A stretch of DNA of 63,874 nt, filler included, from Bigelowiella natans CCMP2755 (lineage: Eukaryota; Protista; Cercozoa): NCBI GenBank assembly GCA_000320545.1. It is 11 parts of 11 records of this genome, joined end to end, with 100 filler letters (N's around TTAATTAATTAA, not from the genome) between each part and the next. Parts side by side here need not be neighbours in the genome. Positions count along the whole stretch, not along the records: positions 24,653 to 26,861 come from ADNK01001078.1; positions 26,962 to 55,409 come from ADNK01001982.1; 9 more parts are not named here. One strand, 5' to 3'. How positions within the stretch are numbered: the stretch's first letter is position 1; each line of letters begins with the position of its first letter. The position numbers and the translations under genes were made by a program. The notes beneath the pieces are model-generated. The model was not told the origin of the DNA. It did not search any database and saw only the letters and a program-made list of their open reading frames with translations. This document shows positions 24,940 through 39,641 of the stretch, piece after piece.

Positions 24940-26447
24940 TGTGGATGGAAACGTGCGTTTTTATTGGCGTGACCCCGAGCTTCTTAGCACTGGAAAAGCC
25001 GTGAGAACAAACTCAGAAGGGGAATATTTGGGGTGGGTTGTTGCTACTGTTATCAGTATGTGCGCCTATTCTTGTTAGTAGGATGATGGTCATCAAAACG
25101 ACGTCGTTTATGCTCTAGCTTGTGTCAGCACATTTTCGCCAAGGACGGGCATATCGTTTTCTTGACATATTTCTTCTGATTTTTCGTTCATCTCTCTTTT
25201 TAATTTGGAGTTCTGTATGCTGAAGATGGCCTCCTCCCTCCTGATCATTGTATGTTCTTTGCTTTAGGGATACCGTAGCTATCGAATTCACGCACGATGA
25301 TTGGTAGTTTTTGGCCAAACTTTTGACTCTTCTTCTCTCAAGAGGCATGATGATGTAGGTCTTTCTATTGTTGCTGCAATCGTTGGTTGATTTGTAATCA
25401 GGCTACCTATCGATGCTTCCAACTTCTTCCGACACGTTGTCCCAAATACCTTTAATGTAGATCACGACAAAACACACATATGATATATTATTACGCATTC
25501 GTTTCTGATAACATCAACACACTTCTGGGCATGTACATATTTGAAGTATAGCTATATTTCACAACAGATTTTTTCTTTATTATATACATTATATGTGTTT
25601 TATGTGTGGGGGCATATACTACTTACATGATTTATTTGCTGACTTCCACTGTGTTGTTTGCCTTTTTAATTCCTCCTCATGTTGTACACGATAATGCACG
25701 ATTTAAGAATGAAATGACTGGGCAAGAATATAATCTGAAGACACAAGTACGTGCATATTGTCATATATCTCGTTGTTACCGCTACGTGATGATAACTTGT
25801 AGCAAGAAAGTTCATTTCCAATAGATATCTGACCTGCCATTATTCCGCCTCTAGTCTTGTTTTGCTCCTGATGCATCATTGCAATCATGGATTTTGATGT
25901 TGTTGTGATAAACACGTGAGATGGTAGCTATAATCCTGTGCCTGCAGGTGGTTTCTACATCCTATAAATTTAGCGTTGAAATATTCGAGGAGATGGAGGT
26001 AAGGCCCCGAAAACCAATACAACACATTGTACAGTGGAATGGGTGAATAAAAGATATATAATTATAATACTGATGATACGTGTGGTGAAATTTAATTTCC
26101 CATGGTGTATTATTATCCACAGCTACATCGATTTCCTTATGATCGGCAATTTCTTCAAGTGCAGGTGGTGGTGATGATGGTGGTTATGATGATGATGATT
26201 ATGATGATGATGATATCAATCAAGGGCTAAAAGCAATGATAAAAACAACATAGAGGAAAGAGAAGAAGAAGATGTACAATGATTACGATGATGATAATGA
26301 TGATAATGATGATAATAACAGCATTGTCATTTTGAAATATGCTCAAACCTAACTAGTCACCCCCCCCCCCCTCTATACCATGGAATACAGCTTCTTTTCA
26401 ACTTTGAGGACTGGCGCGTGATATCCAAAGCACCAAAGCTCTGGAGG
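24940..26447 (+). CDS. Pentameric ligand-gated ion channel (Cys-less Pro-loop type), extracellular-domain fragment
   Basis: Exon VDGNVRFYWRDPEL (WxDPxL motif) and spliced FSVEIFEEME+LHRFPYDRQFLQ (FPxDxQ Pro-loop without cysteines). The transmembrane part is not in the contig. Confidence 0.75.
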
Positions 26448-26711
26448 GTGGTTTTTCCTTAACGTTAGAAATCGTTGGACCTCATGATGATCCCTGCTAA
26501 TTGCTGCCTTGGGTCAACGTGCATAATTCATCCTTTTGCATATGTTGTTCTTCCATGATGAGACCGGTGACAATGGTACTTATATGTGTATAACACCTGC
26601 TGATATCCTCACTTACAGATTCCATATGATTATCGTGATGGGTGCAATGTACAGCTAGCTCCAAGGATGAGAACCCAGTCATCATTGATACACACTTAGC
26701 ACATACCACGC

Positions 26712-26768
<57 letters not shown>

Positions 26769-27277
26769 GAACAAACGAAAACGTAAAACGTTAACTAACT
26801 AAACTAAACTAAACTAAAACTAACTAACTAACTAAGTAAGTTAAGTAAAGTTAAAGTAAAGNNNNNNNNNNNNNNNNNNNNNNNNNNNNNNNNNNNNNNN
26901 NNNNNTTAATTAATTAANNNNNNNNNNNNNNNNNNNNNNNNNNNNNNNNNNNNNNNNNNNNCGCTCTCACAAACACACACACACACAGTCTCTTTTTATA
27001 TATCTCTCTATATATTTTTGTGTGTATCGATAGAAAAACAATACATTATACATGTGCGAGTGACAGAGAGAGATATATCTAGAGAGAGTGCGCGAAAAAC
27101 ACCCCCATATGTCACACAATCTCTCTCATTTTTTCTGAGCGCACTCTCTCTCGAATCCAATTCGATAATTTCGCGCGTGCCCGCTCACAAAGAAACACGC
27201 CCGCTCACCCGCGAGCACACCCACAACTACTTTCTCACACGCAGGTATATGTGGGGGTGCGCCCCTCTCACACACAC

Positions 27278-27320
<43 letters not shown>

Positions 27321-27340
27321 TATTGGAAAGCAGCAGAAAG

Positions 27341-28253
27341 GTGCTAACCACCACATCAACCTGCATGTTACAAAGTAGTTGTTGCTGTTCTTTCGGTTGA
27401 TCGGTCGTTTTTCTTAATGAGCAGCCACAAGCAAAATTATCGAATTGGATTCGAGAAAGAATGCCCTTAGAAAAAATGAAAGGTATTATGTCCCATATGG
27501 TGCTGCTTTTCAAGCATTCTCTCAAGATATTATTCTCTTCGTAATTGGCACATGTATAATGGATTGTTTTTCGATCGATTCTTAGAAAAGTATTACAAGT
27601 AATAGATGATAAGACCATTACTGTTTTTGCTTTTCTGTTCTGTAATTTATTAGATGAAAGTGTGGGGGAGATAGTGCTAACCAACGAAGACTGCATCTAT
27701 GAAGGCTTGACTACAAATTTTTTCGTTGTTAGGAATCAGGTTGAGAATATTGGCAACAATATACATCACTCATACCTGCTATAATTTGCACCACCTCCTA
27801 CTACTACTACTTCTACTACCAACCCTATCAAGCCTCTCTCGACTAACCGGCTCAATAATAGCATATCACCCAGTATCATTGTACTCAAACCCACCCCTGT
27901 CTTTTCGACAGACAGTAGAAACGGCAAATAATGGGGTGTTGGAGGGAACGATGCAGCGGGTCGTCATAGAGGTTGGAACATCCTAGAATATGAGGAAGGA
28001 GGCAACACCTTACTACTACTACTAGTAGTAGTAGTAGTCCAATTATGATGATGATGATCATGATGATGGTTATTCGGTGGTGCATTCATGTGATGATTGT
28101 CCTTCAAATAAAGGCGTGCAAGAATCTTGGGATCAAATGGCAGTACCGGCACCCAAGGCTTTCTGAGGCTCACACGTGGACAGAGGCCTTCGTCACGAAT
28201 GTCGTCAAGGTTACACTCGTAGTAGTAGTAGTATTTAGTAGTAGACGAAGAAG

Positions 28254-28285
<32 letters not shown>

Positions 28286-28692
28286 GTAGTTTTTTAGCAT
28301 GTGGCAACACGAATTTCAAGGTTTTCCTATTCATCAACGTAATCATTGCAATTTCGTGGCAGATAATCACTCCAGTACATTCTGCCCTTGTTCCGGTTTC
28401 TTCCAAAGGAAATACAATAACAACATTACAAAATAAAAATGATGACAACGGAAGTAATGATGGAAAAGCCCTTATGAATCTACGTTCGGAAAATACTGTC
28501 AATAATGATGACTTCAGTATACAAGAAACTCCCATTACAACAAGAAAATACATTTGGAAGAGAATCATACTTTATAAACCATTTGCGACTAAAAGTGGTA
28601 ATTTGAAGCAGCCCTCCAAGTCTAAGAACGATTTAGATTTTACTTCAAGGTTGAGAATGTTCGTTGAAAATGAATTCGGCAGTGTAACGTAA
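27341..28692 (+). CDS. PLP-dependent aminotransferase class IV family (D-amino-acid aminotransferase/ADC-lyase-like), 3' part
   Basis: AKLSNWIRERMPLEK / EIVLTNEDCIYEGLTTNFFVV / TANNGVLEGTMQRVVIE / ACKNLGI...EAFVTN / IITPV, matching fold-type IV motifs EGxxxNxF and LxGT. Confidence 0.85.
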
Positions 28693-28772
28693 CATAGTGT
28701 AGCCTGCACATAGCTGACATGGCCATGTACATGTACGTGATCGATGCACACGTGTACTTGCCATAGCATAGC

Positions 28773-28811
<39 letters not shown>

Positions 28812-28812
28812 G

Positions 28813-28844
<32 letters not shown>

Positions 28845-30441
28845 TGGATGCAATCAATAAGTAAATTTATTCTATCAATGATCATTCTAAAGGTGGCTGT
28901 GCAAAGCTAGAAAGTTGCGGCATGCGCTTACTAGACGTGCATGAGACGGACATAATGAATTATCACATTATTCAACATTGTCGTCCTAATGTGGCTTTGC
29001 AGAGCTGCGGCTATAACGCTTGCATTGTTGTGTGTGTTTGCTTCAGCTATGGCTTTTCACATATCTAGATATGTATGTGAATGACCATCACCATCGCTGC
29101 GCTCATGTTGCAAATAGCAAGCTGTGCGCGTAGACTGTGCGTGCTTCTTTCTCTTCAACAGAGCCGCTTAGTTCATTCGTCATCCCTGTCCGTCAAACAA
29201 CATGCGCCACGTTACTGCCGTGGGTTCAGACTTGATTGTTGCTATGTTTCGTTTGGTGATGAAGTTTTTGGCAATTCCATGGTTCTGCCACAACTTGCTG
29301 CATGTTTTGGCATGTGCATTTGCATGTGTGCACGCAAAAGACAGATGTGATGAGCATTTTGATCACTGTTGCAACTGTCGCGCGTTGTCGTAGCTAGCTA
29401 GCACACGATGCGCAGGGCTGTAGCTGAAGGGTGACAAAATTGCAAAATTTGATCAACTCACATCATGCATATTTTTCGTGCACACGTGGGGGGATGTGGC
29501 GTAGCTGCTGCCGCCATCTAGGCCATCCATCTGGCCATGTCATCAATCCATCGTGTGCACTTCATTGGCGTGTTGGTCACGCGTCTATGCTAGACGACCA
29601 CGCAATCATGCAACAGATGACTAGTGGAGTAGACATGTGCAGACTCTAGAAAGTTTGTGTACGTGTGCACTGTTATTCAGACAATGTGAACTATCCACAT
29701 TGTTCATTTCGCTAAAAAAGAGGTTTATTTGTGTTTATGTGTGATGTGGAATCGTTATTGGTGATCGATGTGCAGAAATGAAACACCATGCACATACGCA
29801 TGTCGTGTGCATGCGCATGCAATTTAGACACACATGAAAACAGTATAGAAAACACACGTATATACATAAACATGGCACAGCGGTGCTCAATAATCGAGGT
29901 GTTGTACCTGATGGAGCGAGAGACAGCATAAATAACAACTTTAGTCATCATATCACGTGTTCTCTTTTTCGCTGCACATGAGAGCACATTATTATAGCAG
30001 CAGGGCTGTATCGCATCGCATGCACGTACGTACACGTTGCACCCTGCTCATGTCTATCATGCGGCTCTGCATACGTTAGCGTTTGCTCTTAATTGCACGT
30101 TTGCTCATTGAAGATGCGCTCATTTGTTGCAGTTACTGTACATGCCACACCAAGCCGCTTCCATTGTCGTGTGCGTCTTGCCTTAATTAGCTCCAGTTTC
30201 ACTGCATGTTGCCCGAATGATGCTGATCATTCTGTGCTTTATTTGCGACGCAGAAGATGTGAAATGTGAATGAGCTACTCAGCATGAAGCGGTCGTCGGA
30301 CATCTTTGCACACAGAAATGGACACTTGACGATGCGGAAAATGGCTGATTCCAACGACATGTTTCGAAAATTAGCACTCGCACCGTCCTTCTCAACCTGT
30401 ACTCTTCTCACAGTAATCCTCCACCATCTATTTCCTCTAGA

Positions 30442-31203
30442 TTAAAAGAAACGGGGCATCGTTTGGTGGCCCCAGCCAGCCGATGCACTTGATTTTTTCC
30501 TGGAACAGATATTATCATGTTAAAAAATACTCAGCATTTTCTACAACCCATAAATTGTCTACGTTAAGCGAAATATTGTATGGATGCTAGGACGATAAGC
30601 TACTGCTTATTTACGACGGCAATTGCAGCACTACCGGGAATCTTTGCTAATATCTGGCATGTACTTCGGAGCTGGTGTGATACTCTTTGGAGACATACCG
30701 TCTCTCTTTGCCTAGGTAAAAAGAGTAACATCAGTTGTAGGATTAGTAGCGATGGAAGATTTGTCATCCCGTTGTTCACCTTAGAAAATGCTGCCTTGGG
30801 GCTGCGCCGCTTATCGACTGGCATCGCATCAATGTTGATATATCTTCATATAAGAAACAACAATAAGCAAAACCAAAACAACATCGACACAATGTATACA
30901 ATAGTGACTTCGAAGATCACAATTGATGATAGGATACATTTAATTAACGCATTACAAAATATTGTTAATAGGCACTTACGAATGTTTCTTGACGATTGCT
31001 TTCTTGTATGTTCCCATGAAGCGCTTCTCTTTAATAGTTCCCCAACAAGAGCCAGTCTATGAATGAGGAAGAAGAAGAAGAAGAAGAAGAAAAAGAGAGA
31101 AGCAGTATTTATTTAAACATCAGTTGATTCACAGTTCGAACGAATAATTGAAATAACTATATGCCTACATTATGTCTCAATGGATGTAATGGAACATACT
31201 TTT

Positions 31204-31267
<64 letters not shown>

Positions 31268-32054
31268 GATCATGTTATGAGTACTGATACAGATAGAATA
31301 GGGTCTGTCTGTATCTTGGAGTAGTCTATCCATTCATATGTAGAACATATGTACACCTAACCCTATCGTTTCTTTTGACATGATCCAAATTTGGAAAGTA
31401 TGAAGGCCCCGGAGATACGTCTTTCTGGGATTTCAGCTTCATAAACCTCTTCGTTTTGGAAAATCTGATTTGATGACAAATAATCAACATCATCAATACC
31501 TTATTCTCTATATTCACTGCCCATAGTAGCTCTCTTAGTGAAAAAAATGTAATGTAAAGTAGTGCAGACAAAGATTATATATTCAACATATGTGTGTGTT
31601 TTTGTGTATGGGTGTGTATGCTGCTCTTATATTGATTTGATTTGTAATGGGAAATGCAATTTTTCCCTTCTCTTGTATCCTCCTCTAATATTTTAATCTT
31701 TTTTTTTCATCTGGTTTAACTTTACTTATTCGAAGGACGTTCCATGCACTTGGTCTTAGAATCCAGGTAGGATACAATGGCTGTAGAAGGTCTAAAATTC
31801 TCAAAACGACTACTTTTGCCCAGCTTGCAATTGGGGCTCTTCTTCTTCAAACTTAAGGTATCCGGAGCATACTTTGGACCAGGAGACACAGGTTTTCCAT
31901 TCGTGAAAGTCATATCGCGCCCAGCCTTTGTGAAAGGTACCGAACGCTTTGCCAGCCCACCTGCATGATCGTACGACCCAGGTCCAGGTCCAACGAACAT
32001 GCGCCGACGCCGCTCCGCTATGCTCATTGCAGGCTTCGGAACGTTGGAAGACAT
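30442..32054 (-). CDS. SHIPPO/ODF3/STPG-like PGP-repeat axonemal protein
   Basis: Repeats GPGPGSYD, SPGPKY and SPGPSY with FTKAGR, LGKSSRF and FSKTKRF spacers. Confidence 0.8.
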
Positions 32055-33229
32055 CTCACTTTTGTATAATCTTCACAGGTAAGAAGTATTGGGTATCAAT
32101 GATAGATCGGCTTTGTGGAACAAGGAAGGCGGCCAGTAACAGATCGAAAGCAGTTCGAAAGCAGTAGCAGCAACACCAGGGCCTTCCCTAACTTTACTAT
32201 TCTTTGAAACACACTGAACAAGAGACGACCCTAAAAAGAGTAGTAGGTCCTATAGTATCTAGCTCTTCCTGCAGATCGAATAAAATAATGTTGTACGAAC
32301 ACTGGTGTCTCTGTCTATTTATATTCTGTTCTGTTCGGTTCGGTTCTGTATATCAGTTTGCCTCGTAGATTATAGATAAAGGTTGGTTGTCTCGTACAGC
32401 CGAGAAACGTAAGAAACGCCTAGTCCCTAATTTCATCATAAAATGCACTAGGTTTCCTCTCATCGACAACATAAAACTGCATAACGATCAATCTGGTCTT
32501 CATTTTCAACCAAAATGACAGAATTTCTAGAATTCCAATGGAATTTCTTATGCAAATGTCCTGCATTCTGTCATGTGAAGAGTCAATGATGCCTAATCCT
32601 GCAAATCAATCAAGTCGTAGCTTGAAAACCTCCGGTTAGTGCATCGTTAGTTAGTCATTGAATCATCCATGGCTGCCACATGGCATTAGAGCATTGATTG
32701 TTACACACACGAATGCTACTCATCGAGTGACGGCGCACAGCACCCCATCTAGTCGTGCTAGCATGCGCTTCCAGACTAATTTTGTGCCAGCAGTACGTGT
32801 GAACTCGTAACCACATTTTGGATTTGTGCAATGCTAGAATCACACAAGCTAGGTCAGCATGCTAGCACACATGATGCAAAAAATTGACATGCACGCAATC
32901 CAGTCTGCATCGCTTGTGATCTAGCCGCGCATGTCAGAATGGCGCACGCCCGCGCCCGTGCACACAGACAGCCAGTTGAGTTCGATAAATTTCTATGCAG
33001 ACATTTTGTGGACTTTGCTAGTTTGCTAGCTTTGTGGTAGAAACAGTGACTGATAGCAGAACAGCAGCAGCGCGCGTTCGATTCAAGAGACGTGGCTGCG
33101 AAATTAGATGCTAGCCATGCTGACATGGTTCTTTTCCTTACATTCTCGGACTTCTTTGGACTTTCATGCCGCTCACCAGTCCATTCTAATGTTATTACAA
33201 TTGTACTTATCAACCGCCTGATTAACCTA

Positions 33230-34202
33230 TTTTGGATTCCATAGATTTATCAGCAGCCTCCACATGAGGGGTTTTGCTTAAATGTGACTCTGCTCCATAC
33301 GTTGAGAAACCATATTGATACAAAAGATGCATGACCGACTGAAAGAACAAACGAATTTAGCATTGTGATGATGATTATCCACACAATGTAGGTAGATCTG
33401 CATGAAAGTATTACTTATTTAAAAGCGGGAGTAGTGTAGAGAAAGTGTCGCAAAGAAAGATGCTGCAGATGAAAAGCAATGGTGCAACATGCGGTTGCAG
33501 CATAAAGCTTTATAGAATCCACAATGGAAGTCATCACACAACTCTACAATATCTGAACAACGAACGAGCAAACAATGACATGACCATATGCTGACGATGT
33601 AAGGAGCTATCCGAGTAAGATAGATTACGTAAACAAGAATTCACCTATGAAATATATTATCACATTGTACACGCTCACACACATAAGCAACAAAGAGAAG
33701 GCCAAGGGGGGGTAACTACTACTACTACTACTACTACTACTACCCACATGCTGCACTGTTATCATAACCACCATCACCATCCCATCTACACGTAGTTAGA
33801 TTGTATCGCATTTCATATAGAAGAAGAACACTTTAGGTTAAAACATATAGGTAAAAGGAAGCAGAAAACGAGAGAGAGAAACAATTAAAACATTACTTTG
33901 TACTAATGTTGATTGAACATGTATTCACACACATGATAGTGGTTGTGTTAAAGAGAGGTAAGTCATCCTCGTGATTAAGGATGATGATGATGATAAGGTG
34001 TTCATATGAATAGTCATGATTAGGTAGTAGCCCCTCCCTTACTTGCGCCGTGCGGGTGAAGGCAGCAATGGCCCCTTCTTGGATTGGATTTCCCTAATGA
34101 TTTATTCATGGTATACACAGTATTCATCATTTAGGAGTAGCACCACTTCACAATCATCATTATCCCGACAAAGAAGCAAAGAAGCATGGTTTTTACTACT
34201 AT

Positions 34203-34237
<35 letters not shown>

Positions 34238-34748
34238 TGAAGTATAGGCTCTCTAGCTTTGTGTTTTTTCTGAGAGCCTTTGCGAGTGCCACCCCCCCAT
34301 CATCCCCTATCTTATTCTGGACAAGATTTAGCACAAGAAGAACCTAATATCATTCAAAGTAGTGTGAAGCACAAGAAATACCAATAAACATCGATTAGAG
34401 AAGTTCGGAAGGAGGAGGATATCTAGTAGTGAATGCCACGTTATTATTTTCTAATTTCCCAATTTCCTATTTCTATTCTTATTCTGCTGCTCGCTTTCGT
34501 TTTCATCTTCTCTCTTCCTCCCCCTCCTCCTTCCAAGATTACTGTCAATAGCGGGCAATATATTTGCTGCTGATCGCAGTTCTTTCTATACAGTTCTACT
34601 CCATTCTAGTATCACTTTCAACACCTGGTTTTCCTCTAACCCATTGCTAATTGCCAGAGCTCCTTCATCACCAATCAAATTTCCATTCAAATTTATGCTG
34701 CTTAGCACCTGAAGAACACACACACACACACACACATATAATATATAT

Positions 34749-34793
<45 letters not shown>

Positions 34794-36619
34794 TACATAT
34801 ATCCCCCTCCTACTACTAGTGTTTATGCCTTTCTTTTCGTAACACGTCTACTACTACTAATACTTTGAGTTTTTCCTCAGCTCCAATCCCTTCACCTAGT
34901 GCCTAATTTATCGAGATATCCATCATGATGTTCATCATGACAATAATAATGATAATTAACTTATAACTAAGATATTGCTCGTTTCTTAGGTAGTACAGCA
35001 TCATTATCATCACAACAATCATCATCATCTTCCATCTTCAGCATAGTTGATGAAGAAACTACTTCTCATACATCCTTTGCTTCATTTCGAGTCACTACAC
35101 CAATTATGAGTGTGCTGACAGTGGTATCCATAATTTCTTCCTTCTTGTGAACGAATCCCTCCCTCCCTCATCCTCCTACTTGTTGTATTTCAACTTCTTT
35201 CTACGTGCTTGCCTTAGCAAAGCTGTCGTCAAGATGGCAGCGTTGGAGTGATAAAGTCGTAAGAGCAGATTTATTGAGACCCTCAAAGAGCTCGGTGGAA
35301 GATGACTTGAGAGAATATTGTTCAACAACATGGTGGTGTCAGCTTTATAGACAACAAGAGTAAGAATACTGTACTAGGGAAAAGTAATTATTCTTTTCAG
35401 AAGGAAGATAGGAAGAGGGCAAGAAGAATATACTCCGCTCTCAACTACTACTACTACTACTATGCTACCTTGCCCTCAAATGTGCAATCGTCCAAAACCA
35501 AGCTCCGCAACTGCCCTCTGCCCATATCATACACCATACATATATCATATAACAAATACCATATATCATCGATGTACGGGTCGATAAAATATCTACGACA
35601 ACGTACAAGACAAAGACAGAGCAGGCACTTGAAGAAATATCAGTAGGAACATGTGGAAGAATGATAATAAGCTGTAGATTGTAGATTGTAGTAGTGTTAG
35701 TATTTATTAGTAGCAGTAGTAGTAATGGCATGAGTACATGAGTACTGCTATAACCCGTAAATGTTGTTTTGTTCCAGGGCTTTAGCAAGAGATTTTGTCA
35801 TTATCACACTCATCCTTGTTTTCGATAAGTCCAGCTACCATCAATTACCAATATCATTCATTGTCAACCAACCAACGATCTTTATCAAACAATTAAGATG
35901 ATAAAGGGGGAGGGGTCAAGAATGACCAGCAGCAGCAGCAGCAGCAGCACAATTATTACATCAACACACGCAGCAGCGCATTACCTTACGAACAGATTTG
36001 TTAGTAAATAGCCCAACACTGATATCATTCATCTTTACATAATGATACGCAAATCAAACCAAACAACAAAAACAATCAAATTAAAAGGACAACACCCAAT
36101 TACCACCATTGCTGCTTTTCTTAAGATAACTAATAATCATTAATATCTGCGCAAATGATGATCAACATCAAACGATGTACTGTGGTAGATCTTCTAGTTT
36201 ACACCACCACCGCACACAAACAGCATGAGGAGGAAGAGAACGAAAGGACTACTACTACTACAACTACAACTACAACTACAACCTTGATGTCGTTGAGATT
36301 GACACAACTGGACAATTTGAGCTGGGCTATTGGATTAGATGGTTGCGACGGATCACACAGGCACTTATTGATGATTCCTAAGAGCACCACCACCCATAGC
36401 AGTCGAAGGAGGTGTGAAAATGATGATGATGATGATGATGATGATGATAATGAGAGAGGCTAGTAGCAGTAGTATTAGGAAAAAGCGGGGAGGAGGAGTA
36501 GGTGTAGCATCGATGATGATGATGATGTGGAAGAAGGCAGAGACTGGTGTAGGTAATCGTCTACTCCTCCTTCCACGCGAAGTACCTGCAGATAACACGT
36601 CCAAGTTCTCTTCCTTCAT
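33230..36619 (-). CDS. RNI-like leucine-rich repeat protein, multi-exon; ends approximate
   Basis: Exons LSSINLNGNLIGDEGALAISNGLEEN and LVLNLVQNKIGDDGGVALAKALRKNTKLESLYF fit the RI-type LRR consensus. Confidence 0.82.
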
Positions 36620-36682
36620 CTAATTCAAAGTTAGTTACACTAGATGAAAGTCGAGGTGGTGTTGATCATACACAGACACACA

Positions 36683-36733
<51 letters not shown>

Positions 36734-37366
36734 TAGTTATATAACAGCAGCAATGATATGATGAATAGCAACATTAATCTAGATTTGCAGCAGCATCAGC
36801 AAGTGGTACCACACACATGCCATCATCATCATTACATCTATCTACTCGCACTCATCATATACGACGACTTAATATAGTAGACTTTTTACTTCAACATACA
36901 TCTAGGGTAATCGATGATCACAGTATAGCAGCTAATCATAAGAAACAATGACGATCTAGGGTAGCAAGAGCCGACAATAATAGCAACATCATTATACATC
37001 TAGGGTAACAGGAGCCGAGGCAAACCGCCACTGCGCCAGAAACTTTAGAATCGATTCAGAAGGCGTCGTTTTAAGCTATTATGATTGGGTATATCATGTA
37101 TAATATACGACGATTGGAATATATTTGTATGTGAGTATGACTACCGAGTGCTGATTATCATCTATTAAATATACTGTGTAAGAAAATGAATCTATAAAAA
37201 GAGTAAGTAATAACAGTTAATGAGCTACGATTCATTAAAGTAATAATAGTCTGGAAATAAGACACTCTTATTTTGTCATCATAATCAAAAATGAGTACTA
37301 TTCCTTAAATCATAATCATTGTAAATTAACTACTAGTACCACTACTACTGCTACGCTTGATGATCA

Positions 37367-37466
37367 TCAAACCTGATTCGATTGCTCTTCATAGGAGCAC
37401 TGTAACCGTCGGTTGCTGATCCCAGAGTACCTATTTAACAACAATAATACAATAATAAGGTGGCAA

Positions 37467-37505
<39 letters not shown>

Positions 37506-38495
37506 GATACGTCTGCTGCTGCAATACTACCACAAGTCGTTAGAAATGAGAAGAAACAAGATCTAACAGCTATGCCATGATGAGATGATGATGATGATGA
37601 TGATTGTGGGTATGATGACCAAGCGTTGTTGTCATTTGCGTTGTTGCAGTAGAACATGGCAACTTTAGCCTTTCGGCCGGTTGTTGTCAACTGATAAGGA
37701 AGATAGAAAGAAGGAAAGAAATAAAGACAGAACGGATGACTTGATATACTACGATGCAATAATTACTACTAGATTGACTGCTTCAACTGCAAACGAAGAA
37801 GATAGCTCCTAATATTACTTTGCAAGCATGAATGGGTGGCATCATTGTTACTTATTTATTGCTGCTATTTTACAAACAACCATTACTAAAACACAGGCCT
37901 GTTGCTGCTGCTGCGAAAACAACCAGCCCCAGCCCCAGCCCCAGCAGCAGCAGCAGCAGCACCAACCTTAAGACATGGACGATCCATTCCTGCATGCTTG
38001 TCGATATTGGCGATGTTGGCTCCTGCAAGATCTAAGACCTCATGAGGCTGTCAAAATTTATAACAACAAAACCATCATCCAAACGTTATTTTAACCATAA
38101 TAGCATCCCTTGGTTACGAGGACTCTCTTCTGATATGTTACACGAAAAGAAGAAGAAGAAGAAGAAGAAGAAGAGCTGCTGCATACTACTACGATTCATG
38201 ATGGAATGTCCACTATGACCATTAGAAGCAGCGTTAGAAGTAAATATAAGAATAATCCTCCTGTTACTCTAACCCTTTATTTACTAGTTGATAAACAACC
38301 TTTGTTCCTTCCTTTGGAGGCTTGTCCGTCTTATAAGTCTTAAGTAATAATGGCGATGAGCACAATGCAGGTATTATCAACAATAGAGATCACAAAAAAC
38401 TGTCAACAACATGGATAAAAAACAGAAATTTCGTATATTGAGATCAAAGGGAAGGGGATGGACTCTGATCATAACAAACAAGGGATCATCTACTG

Positions 38496-38529
<34 letters not shown>

Positions 38530-39358
38530 CTCGACATATCTTTCTGTGAGGATGAAGTAGCGAGGTTTCCAATGATTATTGTGGAAGTATTGAACAGCAG
38601 ATTGATAGTATCGGACTGCAGAAGCCGCAGACTTCCCCCCCCCCGCTTTGGAGGATGATTTTGAGTCCCCAAGGACCCGTGCACTACCTCCCACAAACTG
38701 TTTCACCTGGAAGACGTATCATTTCCAGCATTTGTCATGTAAATATATCTGCTCGTTCAATGTATCAAAGTCGTGGAATATATAAAGCCCTTCTTTATTA
38801 TGGTCACACCACCACACCTTTGCCTCGTCTTGTTTCGCCGATTTGTATCTATAACAAAACTCTTCTTCCAGCTTTAGAGCTCTTTGTTGCATCAGGTTCA
38901 CGTCAGTTCTTAACGCATGGTTCATGAGCTAAAGAATCGATGATGATGACAACAGCACCACATGTAAATGACAACTGTAGTAGGTCAATCTCAATATCAA
39001 TACTATCATTATCATAAATTGTAGTACTTCTAGTTTCTTTTCGGCGATGATCAGGCGATTCAGAGCTGATTGCATTTCCACTACAGCTGTCGAGACGTTT
39101 TTAGAGTCAACCTGCATATTTTTGGTATGTATGACCTTTTACTTTGGCAAGAAGAATAATCTAATACCATGGATTCCCTACCTTCTTAATCTGTAACGTT
39201 GGTAGCTTAAATGAAGTAATAGCCTCCAGTTGAGGGGCAGAGATAGAAGACAATACGCTCCTTGTCTTTTTTAAATTACTACTTGCACCATCCAATGGCA
39301 TGGACTTTTTTGAAGGTGTGCTTGGGACCCCGGCTGATTTAGTATCACTAAGAAAGGT

Positions 39359-39421
<63 letters not shown>

Positions 39422-39585
39422 TTACAACAATACCGAGTTTAAGCAGGAAGGGAATGGGAGACGGTGTATCCTGACTCTGCCGTTTCGAATGCCTTGCGGA
39501 GACCCTTACGCCTTTTTTTCTTTGACCTCCTATTCACTTTCGGACGACCAGCCGTAACATGTGAGAGTTTTTGCTCGACAGCCAT
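37367..39585 (-). CDS. PH-domain-containing protein with helical N-terminal half; start uncertain
   Basis: HWKPRYFILTE (PH beta-2 motif) and the later MFYCNNANDNNAWYSGI (C-terminal PH helix Trp). Confidence 0.65.
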
Positions 39586-39605
39586 TCGGAAATATCCGCA
39601 GGGGT

Positions 39606-39641
<36 letters not shown>

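Noticed and set aside
26765-26861. AACT/AAGT repeats as a possible telomere
   Set aside because: Irregular, follows a long (AG)n run at a contig end, and is most likely degraded read sequence.
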